Part shown: positions 54,169-63,154 of the stretch, piece by piece
Position numbering within the stretch: the stretch's first letter is position 1
Layout of the letters: the number at the start of each line of letters is the position of its first letter
Source: an uncultured Acidobacteriota bacterium
GTDB taxonomy: Bacteria; Acidobacteriota; Terriglobia; Terriglobales; Acidobacteriaceae
Direction of reading: 5' to 3'
NCBI GenBank assembly: GCA_963747105.1
Contig: CAVVEC010000002.1
Location: 219,438 to 283,437 of the forward strand
Length of the DNA stretch: 64,000 nt
Made by a program: the position numbers and the translations under genes
Notes under the pieces: model-generated
Databases searched by the model: none
Told to the model about the DNA's origin: nothing
The model's input: the letters and a program-made list of their open reading frames with translations, nothing else

Positions 54169-55361
54169 ATGAAGCTTGCATTCGTAGGCGGGTTCGGCTT
54201 TAGGCCCAAGGGCACGATCCAGGGGCGTGCATATCCCCTGGCCGCCGAATTGGTACGTCAGGGGCATGAGGTAACCATCTTTGTCACTCCCTACGACAAT
54301 CTGGAAGAGTCCTGGCGGGAGTGGGTCGAGGAAGGAGTACGAATCAAGGGTTTCGAAAGGCAGGCCCTACCCCCCTGAGCTATCCCAGCCTGTTGATCAG
54401 GCTGCTGCGTGCTCTGGATGAGTACTCACCTGACGTGGTTCACATTTTCAAACCCAAGGGCTTTGCGGCGGCAGCCGGCACGTACTTGCGAATGAAGGGA
54501 ATGCGGAACATCGTCCTGGACTGTGACGATTGGGAGGGGTGGGGCGGATGGAACGACATCTTGTCATATCCCTGGTTTGTTAAGGAATACATCGACCGAC
54601 AAGAACGTTGGATGATGCGTTCCACCCCGGCGGTAACGGTAGCGAGTCGGGCCCTTCTCGACCGGGTGTATGAGGTTCGGAAACACTCAACCGGAGTCTA
54701 CTATGTTCCAAATTGTGGAGCATCGTTCGGTAATGTGAAGGCTCATGAGACCGCTCGGGCGCGGTCACAAACTGAAGTCCGGAAAGATCTGGGTCTCCCA
54801 GAGGGGCTCATCATCTTCTACAACGGGCACTTCGAACCGGGCGACGACATCATGCTCTTCTGTCGCACGGCTGCGCCTGTGGCCGAGCGGAACAATGCTT
54901 CGATTGTCTTCGTTGGAGAGGGGCCAGATTTACCGAAGGTCAAGGAGTTTTTTGTCCGTCATCCCGCGGTTAGGGTTTTCTTTTTCCCCCGGTTGCCTTA
55001 TGAACAGTTCATTCGGGCGATCTGGGCTTCAGATGTCACCGCCTTCCCGTACCCGGACAACCCGGTGCACCGTTCCAAGTGTTCCTTGCGAGTCATTGAC
55101 TACATGGCGATGGGGAAACCAGTGATCACGTCTGCAGTGGGACAGAACAAGGAATACATTCTTGACGGAGAGAGTGGCATTCTAGCGCCGGCCGAGGATG
55201 AAGATGCTTTCGCAGAGAAATTGGAAATGCTGCTGCAGATTCCTGAGCTGCGGGACAGGCTCGGACGGAACGCTGAAAAACGGATTCGCGAACAGTTCAG
55301 TTGGGGCGGTGAGCCCTTGCAGCAATGTCTCGCCGCGTATGACCAAGTTGCTGGCAGGTAG
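54169..55361 (+). CDS. Family 4 (GT-B, group 1) glycosyltransferase; frame change near 54350
   Basis: MKLAFVGGFGFRPKGTIQGRAYPLAAELVRQGHEVTIFVTPYD continues in another frame as LSYPSLLIRLLRALDEYSPDVVHIFKP...VFVGEGPD...DNPVHRSKCSLRVIDYMAMGKPVITSAVGQNKEYILDGESG. Confidence 0.85.
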
Positions 55362-55421
55362 ATTTTAAGAAATGGTAACGCGCAACTGAAGAGGTTCATT
55401 TCAAGGTAAAGGATCAGTCAA

Positions 55422-56478
55422 ATGCCTGTTTCATTGGTTACCGGGGGTGCAGGTTTTATGGGCTCGCACGTTGCCGAGCACCTGCTGAATTCTCGCCACG
55501 AAGTCGTCATTCTAGACGACCTTAGCGGAGGATTCACCGAGAACGTTCCAAGCAAAGCTGCATTCATTAAGGGTTCCATCCTTGACGAGTGCCTAATTGA
55601 GGAACTCTTTGACAAGTACAGGTTCGACTACGTGTACCACTTGGCGGCGTACGCGGCGGAGGGCTTGAGCCACTTTATCAAGCGGTTTAACTACATGAAC
55701 AACTTGATGGGGTCTGTCAATCTCATCAACGCCGCCATCAATCACGGGGTGCGTTGCTTTGTCTTTACGTCGTCTATCGCAGTGTACGGTGCCGGGCGAA
55801 CGCCACTCTCGGAAGACATGACTCCTCACCCGGAGGACTCGTACGGTATCGCAAAACTGGCGGTAGAGCAGGAACTAAAGATCAGTCACGAGATGTTTGG
55901 ACTGGACTACATCATCTTGCGTCCGCACAACGTCTATGGCGAAAGGCAGAACATCGGGGACCGGTACCGCAATGTTGCTGGCATATTCATGAACCAGTTG
56001 CTCCGAGGAGAACCTATGACAATCTTTGGAGACGGATCTCAGGTGCGCGCGTTCACAAATATCAGGGACATCGCACCTGTTATCGCCAACTGCGTGGACT
56101 ATCCTCTCGCCAGGAATCAGATCTTCAATGTGGGCGCAGACCAGCCCTACACGGTCGAAGCTCTGGCGAAGATCGTCTTGACGGCCATGGACAAAGAGGG
56201 CGACATCCGGCATCTGGATCCGCGAAACGAAGTGAAGATCGCGTTTTCGGACCACCACAAGGCCGCGTCCATTTTTGGGGAAGTGGGGCGAAACCTCTCT
56301 CGAAACCGGAATTCGTGAGATGGCTCGCTGGGTGAGGAAACATGGTGCTCGAGAGAGCTCTGTTTTTGAAGGCGTCGAGATAACAAAAAACATGCCCCCG
56401 AGCTGGGCCAAGGTCGTAAGGACCAACGCCTTGTCGGAGAGAAGCGATAGGAAATTGAGAGTGGCTACTCATAGTTGA
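55422..56478 (+). CDS. NAD-dependent sugar epimerase/dehydratase (extended SDR); frame change near 56275
   Basis: VTGGAGFMGSHVAEHLL, FTSSIAVYG and YGIAKLAVE (YxxxK). The C-terminal GKWGETSLETGIREMARWVRKHGARESSVFEGVEITKNMPPSW lies in the neighbouring frame. Confidence 0.85.
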
Positions 56479-56491
56479 ATCCCTGCCTCGC

Positions 56492-57628
56492 ATGAAATCG
56501 ATTCTGTTTCTTGTTCCACATCCGATCGACTGTTCCGACTATCGTTATCGGGCACAGCAGTTTGTCCCGTATCTGGAACGCGCAGGATATCAGTGCACTA
56601 TCCGGCCTTTTTCGACAAGCGGTTTGTATTCGGCATTGCAGTCGAAAGAACAACTCGCGACCAAGGCGCTACATATGCTGTTCTGCACTATGCGTCGCGC
56701 TCTGGAAGTGTCAAGTGTGTCTCGGTTCGATCTTGTTGTTATTAACCGGGAGGTGTTTCCTTTCTTCGCGCCGCTGGTGGAAAAATTGGTTTTGCGGCTC
56801 AACCCGAGGGTTGTCTTTGGTTTTGATGATGCAATCTACGCCTGCCATCACGATGTTTCGCAGTTGAATCACGCGTGGTTGTACAAGTTCAAGTACGGCA
56901 GCGGAGTGGAAGAGGTCCTGCGCCGGAGCTCCCATGTTATTGCGGGGAACCGGATTCTCGCGGATTACGCCCAGCGGTTTAACGCCCACGTGACCGTTGT
57001 ACCCACGGTGGTTGATTGCTCGGTGTATGTTCCCAAGGGTGAACCTCAGAATGACGCGCGGCCGGTCACCGTAGGGTGGATTGGAAGCCGTTCAACCTTT
57101 CATCATCTCTTCGATATAGAACCAGCGTTGAAGAGACTGGCCGAGGCAAACCGAGCGAGAGTGTGTTTTCGTGCTTTCGGTTACGCGAACGGCCAACTGG
57201 GTCTTCCGGACTTCAGATCCTTGCCATTTCGCCTCGATGGAGAAGTCGAATACCTTGGCTCTCTGGACATAGGAATCATGCCGCTCCCCGACACAGAATG
57301 GACGCGAGGCAAATGCGCATTCAAGGCGATCCAATACATGGCTATGGGCATCCCGACAGTGGCTTCCCCGGTTGGAATTACCGGCGACGTCATCCACCAC
57401 AATGTGAATGGCTTGTTGGCGACTTCGATTGATGATTGGTTTGATTCTCTTAACCGTCTGGTGAATGCTGAAGATCTGCGTCGGCGGCTCGGGTTGCAAG
57501 CTCGCCGTACAATCGAGGACTCGTACTCACTTCAGGTTTGGGGTCCTCGTTTAGTGTCGTTGTTTGATCAGCTCTGCAGCGTGCAGACGAAGCCAGACGC
57601 AGAACACGTAGCGGTCCTGAACTGCTGA
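56492..57628 (+). CDS. Glycosyltransferase (GT-B fold, GT4-like)
   Basis: ...VGWIGSRSTFHHL...DIGIMPLPDTEWTRGKCAFKAIQYMAMGIPTVASPVGITGDVIHHNVNGLLA is an E-x7-E-like C-terminal donor-binding region. The ORF is an intact 378 aa. Confidence 0.75.
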   Translation: MKSILFLVPHPIDCSDYRYRAQQFVPYLERAGYQCTIRPFSTSGLYSALQSKEQLATKALHMLFCTMRRALEVSSVSRFDLVVINREVFPFFAPLVEKLVLRLNPRVVFGFDDAIYACHHDVSQLNHAWLYKFKYGSGVEEVLRRSSHVIAGNRILADYAQRFNAHVTVVPTVVDCSVYVPKGEPQNDARPVTVGWIGSRSTFHHLFDIEPALKRLAEANRARVCFRAFGYANGQLGLPDFRSLPFRLDGEVEYLGSLDIGIMPLPDTEWTRGKCAFKAIQYMAMGIPTVASPVGITGDVIHHNVNGLLATSIDDWFDSLNRLVNAEDLRRRLGLQARRTIEDSYSLQVWGPRLVSLFDQLCSVQTKPDAEHVAVLNC

Positions 57629-57940
57629 GATTCTGGACATAGTAGTTTCTGCGGGGATGCTTGACGGTTGGAGAATGCGCTTGAAGGAATCCGGCGATTC
57701 AAGCGTTAGCCACCCGACGGAACCGGGCTCGGAAAGGGTTTTCGCTGGGGTCCGGCTCTTCAGGCGCTGCTGTAATCGGCGAAACCGGGTGTGGAGCCAC
57801 CGAGATGGAACCCCGGCATTTCTCAGGCTTCTTGCTTCTGATCAGCGGATCAGCGCTATTTGGCAGCAGCGGACAGCAGCCACGGCGGCCATGATTGAAG
57901 TCGGCGTGAACTAGCTCTTGAGATCAACACCGTTACGACT

Positions 57941-59056
57941 ATGCGAATACTGATTACTGGTGGTGCAGGATTCATAGGCTCCCATATCGCAGACCGGTTC
58001 TTGCGGGAGGGTTGGTCGGTCCGGGTTATGGACTCTCTCCAACCGCGAGTTCACCCAGAAGGAATGCCGAAGTACATCCCGAAAGAGGTCGAGTTTTTCC
58101 AGGGCGATGTCACCAGGAGAGAAGACTGGGAGCGGTCGCTCGAAGATGTGGATATCGTTTCGCATCAAGCTGCCTACCAAGACTATGTGCCGGATTACAG
58201 TGAATTTATTGCGACGAACGTAGTCAGCACGGCGCTGCTTTTCGAAGTCATTGCAGCCCGAAGGCTACAGGTGCAGCGCGTGGTCATTGCGTCGTCTCAG
58301 GCAGTTTACGGAGAGGGACAGTACTTATGCCCACAGCATAAGCGCACTTTGGCAGTTCCACGGCGGCGGAAGGATCTGGAGAATCGGCTATGGGAAGTCA
58401 CTTGTCCCGAGTGCGGGATGCCCACCACACCTCTGTTACTGGACGAAGCTTATCCCAATCCGTTGAGCCCGTACGGTACTTCGAAGTACGCCCAGGAGAT
58501 GACGGGTTTGAAACTGGCGAGTCTGCTCGGTATTCCATGTGTGGCAATGCGTTATTCCATAACTCAAGGTCCGCGGCAGTCGCTGTTTAACCAGTATTCC
58601 GGGATCGCGCGAATTTTCACCGTGCGGTTGCTGGCCAACAAGGCACCGATTGCGTTCGAAGATGGGCTCCTGCAGCGCGACTATGTGCACGTGGCGGATG
58701 TGGTTGAGGCCAACTGGTTGGTGACCCACGACGATCGTGCCATCGGCCAAGCTTTTAACGTAGGTAGCGGGAAGCCAACCACGGTTTTGGAGTATGCACA
58801 GAAACTAGCTATCAAGTTAAGAAAGTCGATCGAGCCAGAGATTCCCGGAATGTACCGGTTGGGGGACGCTCGGCATTCGGTGTCGTCAATAGAAAAGCTC
58901 AAATGCCTTGGATGGCGGCCGCAGCGGGATCTCGACGGTATCCTGGAAGACTTCCTCGGATGGGTTGACAGTCTAGGGAACATTGGAAGGTACTTCTCCG
59001 ATGCGCACCAGAAACTGATCGCCATGCAGGTGCTGAGGGCGTGTCATGCCGACTGA
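57941..59056 (+). CDS. NAD-dependent epimerase/dehydratase (extended SDR) carrying an inserted CPxH...CPxCG zinc-ribbon-like segment
   Basis: ITGGAGFIGSHIADRFL, ASSQAVYG and YGTSKYAQE. A ~35-aa insert YLCPQHKRTLAVPRRRKDLENRLWEVTCPECGMPT sits between the Ser and Tyr catalytic motifs. Confidence 0.85.
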   Translation: MRILITGGAGFIGSHIADRFLREGWSVRVMDSLQPRVHPEGMPKYIPKEVEFFQGDVTRREDWERSLEDVDIVSHQAAYQDYVPDYSEFIATNVVSTALLFEVIAARRLQVQRVVIASSQAVYGEGQYLCPQHKRTLAVPRRRKDLENRLWEVTCPECGMPTTPLLLDEAYPNPLSPYGTSKYAQEMTGLKLASLLGIPCVAMRYSITQGPRQSLFNQYSGIARIFTVRLLANKAPIAFEDGLLQRDYVHVADVVEANWLVTHDDRAIGQAFNVGSGKPTTVLEYAQKLAIKLRKSIEPEIPGMYRLGDARHSVSSIEKLKCLGWRPQRDLDGILEDFLGWVDSLGNIGRYFSDAHQKLIAMQVLRACHAD

Positions 59057-59744
59057 TTTGGGCGAAGCGCGTTTCACCGGCGCTAGGGAATCGGGGGCTC
59101 CGATTTCAACTCATGTCCCTGCCGACAGGGCCTACGACCATAGGTTCAAGCGACCGATAGATCTGGTGTTCACTCTGCTGACTCTGCCGTTTTTTCTTCC
59201 GGTTGCTTTGCTGATCGCGCTTCTAATTAAGCTGGACTCACCCGGACCCGTGTTGGTGAAACTCAAACGACTGGGCAAGAACCGCTCAAGCTTCTATAAG
59301 TACAAGTTCCGCACTATGGTTCCAGATGCGGAGAAGGTTCTGCAGGAACTGCTTGGTTCGAATCAAGAAATTCGTGAAGAGTACCAAAACACATACAAGA
59401 TCAGGAACGATCCGCGAATCACTCGTTTCGGGCGCTTATTACGCCGGACCAGCCTCGACGAGCTTCCCCAAATTCTTAATGTGATACGGGGCGAGATGAG
59501 TTGGGTTGGCCCACGTGACATTTTAGATCGTGAACTCGAAATGTATGGCGAGTTTGCGGATCAATTTGTCACGGTGAAGCCAGGTGTCACGGGTTTATGG
59601 CAAGTCAGCGGGCGCTCCAAGTTGCCCTATTCGGAGCGTGTGCGTCTGGACCTCTATTACATTGAACACGCTTCGCTTTTCTTGGATCTCCAGATTCTTT
59701 CTAGGACTGTCCCGGTTGTGCTTTTCGGCGACGGCGCCGTCTAG
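59046..59744 (+). CDS. Small (monotopic) phosphoglycosyl transferase, bacterial sugar transferase family
   Basis: FKRPIDLVFTLLTLPFFLPVALLIALLIKLDSPGPVL...YKFRTM...DPRITRFGRLLRRTSLDELPQILNVIRGEMSWVGPR...KPGVTGLWQVSGRS. Confidence 0.9.
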   Translation: MPTDLGEARFTGARESGAPISTHVPADRAYDHRFKRPIDLVFTLLTLPFFLPVALLIALLIKLDSPGPVLVKLKRLGKNRSSFYKYKFRTMVPDAEKVLQELLGSNQEIREEYQNTYKIRNDPRITRFGRLLRRTSLDELPQILNVIRGEMSWVGPRDILDRELEMYGEFADQFVTVKPGVTGLWQVSGRSKLPYSERVRLDLYYIEHASLFLDLQILSRTVPVVLFGDGAV

Positions 59745-59785
59745 TTAGTGGCCAATGCTGAGTTGGCGCTGGTTTTGAGTCTTTT

Positions 59786-60802
59786 ATGAATGTGCTTGTT
59801 ACGGGTGGAGCTGGCTACATCGGCAGCATTTGCACCGAACACTTGCTTGAAGAAGGCCACACGGTAGTTGTCGTGGATAACCTGTCGACCGGGCATCGGG
59901 AAGCGGTGTCTTCCAACGCGTTATTCGAGGAAGGCGATTTCGGCGACACCGTACTCATCCGTGATCTTGTGAACCAACACAGGATAGAGGCGGTGATGCA
60001 CTTCGCGGGCGAAACTCTAGTCGGGAAATCGATGACGGACCCGCAGGCTTACTTCCGCACCAACGTCAGGAAAGGGATCGATTTTCTCGACACAGTTTTG
60101 GCAAACGGCGTTCGCAAGTTGATCTTCTCTTCCACCGCGGCGGTTTACGGCGAGCCCATTTCGTTTCCGATCAGCGAGGATCATCCTACGCGGCCTATTA
60201 ACGCCTATGGCGAATCGAAGTTGATGTTTGAGCGGATACTGGAATGGTATCGCCGGGCTTATGGGCTTATGTATGCCGCGCCGCGTTACTTCAATGCCGC
60301 GGGGGCCACTCAGGACTATGGGGAGTTTCATAATCCTGAAACACACCTTATTCCTTTGCTTCTGTGGTCGCTCCTAGATCCGAGCTACAAATTCATTATT
60401 CACGGGGACGACTATCCCACGCCGGACGGTACCTGTGTCCGGGATTATGTTCACGTCCTGGATATAGCGCGGGCCCATGTTTTGGCATTGAATGCACTGA
60501 AAGAGGGGAGCTTCTACGGCGCGTTCAACATTGGTTCAAGCACAGGGTATTCGGTTCGTGATGTCCTGCGAGCCGTGGAAAAGGTTAGTGGGAAAAACCT
60601 GACCTTTCGAGTGGGCCCGAGACGACAGGGCGACCCCGCCGTACTGGTGGCCAGCCAAGAGCGCTTGTGTCGCGAGCTAAGATGGCAACCTCGCTACTCC
60701 AGCCTTGAAAGCATCGTCCGAAGTGCTTGGGAGTGGCGATGTCGATATCCCGAGGGCTATGGCAACCGCAAGGAGAGGCCTGAAATCGCCACAGAGGCAT
60801 GA
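59786..60802 (+). CDS. galE: UDP-glucose 4-epimerase
   Basis: MNVLVTGGAGYIGSICTEHLLEEGHTVVVVDNLSTGHREAV, SSTAAVYGEP, YGESKLMFERIL, RYFNAAGA and DGTCVRDYVHVLDIA. Confidence 0.85.
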   Translation: MNVLVTGGAGYIGSICTEHLLEEGHTVVVVDNLSTGHREAVSSNALFEEGDFGDTVLIRDLVNQHRIEAVMHFAGETLVGKSMTDPQAYFRTNVRKGIDFLDTVLANGVRKLIFSSTAAVYGEPISFPISEDHPTRPINAYGESKLMFERILEWYRRAYGLMYAAPRYFNAAGATQDYGEFHNPETHLIPLLLWSLLDPSYKFIIHGDDYPTPDGTCVRDYVHVLDIARAHVLALNALKEGSFYGAFNIGSSTGYSVRDVLRAVEKVSGKNLTFRVGPRRQGDPAVLVASQERLCRELRWQPRYSSLESIVRSAWEWRCRYPEGYGNRKERPEIATEA

Positions 60803-60899
60803 CTGTCACGATGCATCGAGTGGTGGGCTTTGGATTCGTCGAGTTTTCTTACCTTAGAGCGACCACTGTATTCCCTTGCTTCCAAGAGAAGGAATAGAC

Positions 60900-61493
60900 A
60901 TGAACGGTATGGCTGAAATCCGATCCTACCTTGGACTCCTGTCCAGCACTGTCGAGAAGCTGCCCCTCGACAGTATTGAAATGATTGCGAAGGTTCTGCT
61001 TCGGGCTTATGAAACGGAGCACACCATCTATCTTTTCGGCAATGGTGGCAGCGCGGCTCTGGCCTCGCACTTTGCTTGCGACCTTGGGAAGGGAACGGTT
61101 AATGGTTCTGGAAAGCGCTTTAGGGTTGTCGCATTAACCGACAATCTGCCGCTCATTACTGCATGGGCCAACGATTCCCACTATGAGAATATTTTTGCGG
61201 AGCAGTTGGCTAACTTGGTTCGCTCCCACGACGTGGCATTTGCGATCAGCGGCAGTGGAAACTCGGGAAACGTGCTGCGTGCGTTGGAGGTAGCCCGTGA
61301 GGCCGGCGCCATTACCGTTGGACTCACAGGTTTCCAGGGGGGCAAGATGAGGGAACTCTGCGATACGTGTATGATTGTTCCATCCAACAACATGCAAGTC
61401 ATCGAGGACCTGCACCTTAGTGTCGCACATGCAGTGTTCACCGCAATCAAACGGAGAATTTCCCAGCGTGCTCAGGCTGTTCTCGCAGGCTGA
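60900..61493 (+). CDS. gmhA: SIS-domain phosphoheptose isomerase (D-sedoheptulose-7-phosphate isomerase)
   Basis: IYLFGNGGSAALASHFACDLGKG..., AFAISGSGNSGNVLRALEVAREAGAITVGLTGFQGG and VIEDLHLSVAHAV. An ATG at 60900 is preferred (GAAGGAA upstream). Confidence 0.75.
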   Translation: MNGMAEIRSYLGLLSSTVEKLPLDSIEMIAKVLLRAYETEHTIYLFGNGGSAALASHFACDLGKGTVNGSGKRFRVVALTDNLPLITAWANDSHYENIFAEQLANLVRSHDVAFAISGSGNSGNVLRALEVAREAGAITVGLTGFQGGKMRELCDTCMIVPSNNMQVIEDLHLSVAHAVFTAIKRRISQRAQAVLAG

Positions 61494-61693
61494 CCCGATG
61501 CAGCGAAGTAAGGATGGACCAGTATGAAAACGCGTAGTGTCACGAAGGCGTTCCACAACGATACACGGCGAGCGAAGCGGAAGAATGGGAGTTGCCCTCC
61601 CGTGGCAGCGAACTGTAAGAGACATCTTTTCGGGAGCCAATTTATCGCTTGGCGGTTCACCAAGACTAGGTCCACGCGGCTCTTGGAGAGTTA

Positions 61694-63154
61694 ATGAAGG
61701 TCAAGAGAAGAAGGTTAGCACACTACATATTGGCTTCGGACGTGCTCTGGATCCCCGTAGCTTTAGCCCTGGCATACGCTTTGCGCTATGGTCTGGTTTG
61801 GAATGGCCCGAGTTCGCTCCTCAGTTTCTTGCCGGTTGCCTTCGTGGCTCTGTTGGCTTGGTTGTTCCTGTCCTTCTGGATGAAGCTAGACTGCTTTGGA
61901 GGCGGTTGGCGTTTTCCGGCCGTAGTGTCGCAGGTGTTTCTGGCTCTGGGTTGTTTGATGGGCCTGTTGCTGGCCACGAGCTATCTAGCCCGAGAGTCCG
62001 TATCTCGATTGGCGTTGATCTATTTCGGAATTCTTCTGTTTGTTGGTTTTATCGGCATTCGTTACGCTGCCCGCCTCTTGCTGCGCGCCCGTTATCTTGC
62101 TGGGCAGGTTCGGAAGGTCGTGATCGTGGGAACAGGAAGAGTCGCCCGCGAGTTGGCCATCAAGATCGAACATCACCCTGAGATGCTCTGTAAAGTAGTC
62201 GGTTATCTCTTTCCAGAAGACGACGGTGTTGATCTTCGCCTTGCGCCCGAGCCTGCAAATCCTGCGTCCACGGTTTCGACCTTGGACGTGGTAGAACTGC
62301 TTCGGGCTCAAGAGATCGACGAACTGGTGCTGGCGCTGTCCAAACCGGTTTGGCCTGAAGTTCTAAATCTGGCAGGGCGATGTCGTGAATGTGGAATCAA
62401 TATCAGCTTAGTGCCCCAGCCCTACGAGTTGTATCTTTCCAAGCCGGACTTGCTGGATCTCGACGGACTTCCCGTGCTGCAACTGCAAGAGCCCTCGGCC
62501 TCTTCTGCTCTGCGAGATTGGTGGAAACGGACTGCGGACGTCGTTCTTGTCTTGGTCTTGTCGGTAGTAGCTATCCCAATCCTGCTACCCGCCGTTATCT
62601 GGCTCCGTTTAAGAAAGGGTCAAGCATTTCGATGGGAAACCCGTTGTGGCCGGCACGGCAAGCCGTTCTCGATGTTGCGCCTTAACATTGATCGTTTCGT
62701 TACCGAGGCACCAGCTTTTGAGCGTGTACTGGAGAAACTGAGTGTGACCGAAATACCGCAACTGTGGAACGTGCTGCGTGGAGAAATGACGGCGGTGGGG
62801 CCGCGTCCCGAAGCACCGGAGCGGGTAAAGTGTTACTCCGAATGGCAGCGGCAGCGACTAAGCGTCAGGCCCGGCATGACGGGGCTTGCCCAAGTCCATG
62901 GCCTGCGCGAACACCATTCTTCGGAAGAGAAAACTCGGTTCGACCTGCAGTATCTCTTAAATCCGTCGCCTTTAACGGACATTTCACTTCTGCTCCAAAC
63001 TTTCTGGACTCTCGCCATCAGGCTAGTCCGCTACTCTCAACTGGTCAACCCAGTGTCGACTACTACGGACCAAACCGCGTATAACGAGTTTACACCACAT
63101 TTCGTACAGGAGAGGCTGCAGAGTGCTCATCGTTCGCAGTCCGGTTCGGATTAG
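61694..63154 (+). CDS. Large polytopic phosphoglycosyl transferase (WbaP/exopolysaccharide polyprenyl glycosylphosphotransferase type)
   Basis: It has four N-terminal TM helices and a central Rossmann-like region (VVIVGTGRVARELA). The C-terminal sugar-transferase domain reads WKRTADVVLVLVLSVVAIPILLPAVIWL...PQLWNVLRGEMTAVGPRPE...RPGMTGLAQVHG. Confidence 0.85.
   Translation: MKVKRRRLAHYILASDVLWIPVALALAYALRYGLVWNGPSSLLSFLPVAFVALLAWLFLSFWMKLDCFGGGWRFPAVVSQVFLALGCLMGLLLATSYLARESVSRLALIYFGILLFVGFIGIRYAARLLLRARYLAGQVRKVVIVGTGRVARELAIKIEHHPEMLCKVVGYLFPEDDGVDLRLAPEPANPASTVSTLDVVELLRAQEIDELVLALSKPVWPEVLNLAGRCRECGINISLVPQPYELYLSKPDLLDLDGLPVLQLQEPSASSALRDWWKRTADVVLVLVLSVVAIPILLPAVIWLRLRKGQAFRWETRCGRHGKPFSMLRLNIDRFVTEAPAFERVLEKLSVTEIPQLWNVLRGEMTAVGPRPEAPERVKCYSEWQRQRLSVRPGMTGLAQVHGLREHHSSEEKTRFDLQYLLNPSPLTDISLLLQTFWTLAIRLVRYSQLVNPVSTTTDQTAYNEFTPHFVQERLQSAHRSQSGSD

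Noticed and set aside
57657-57914. 85-aa plus-strand ORF in the intra-operon gap
   Set aside because: It has no RBS, an Arg/Ser/Ala-rich composition and no recognisable motif. The gap is treated as non-coding.
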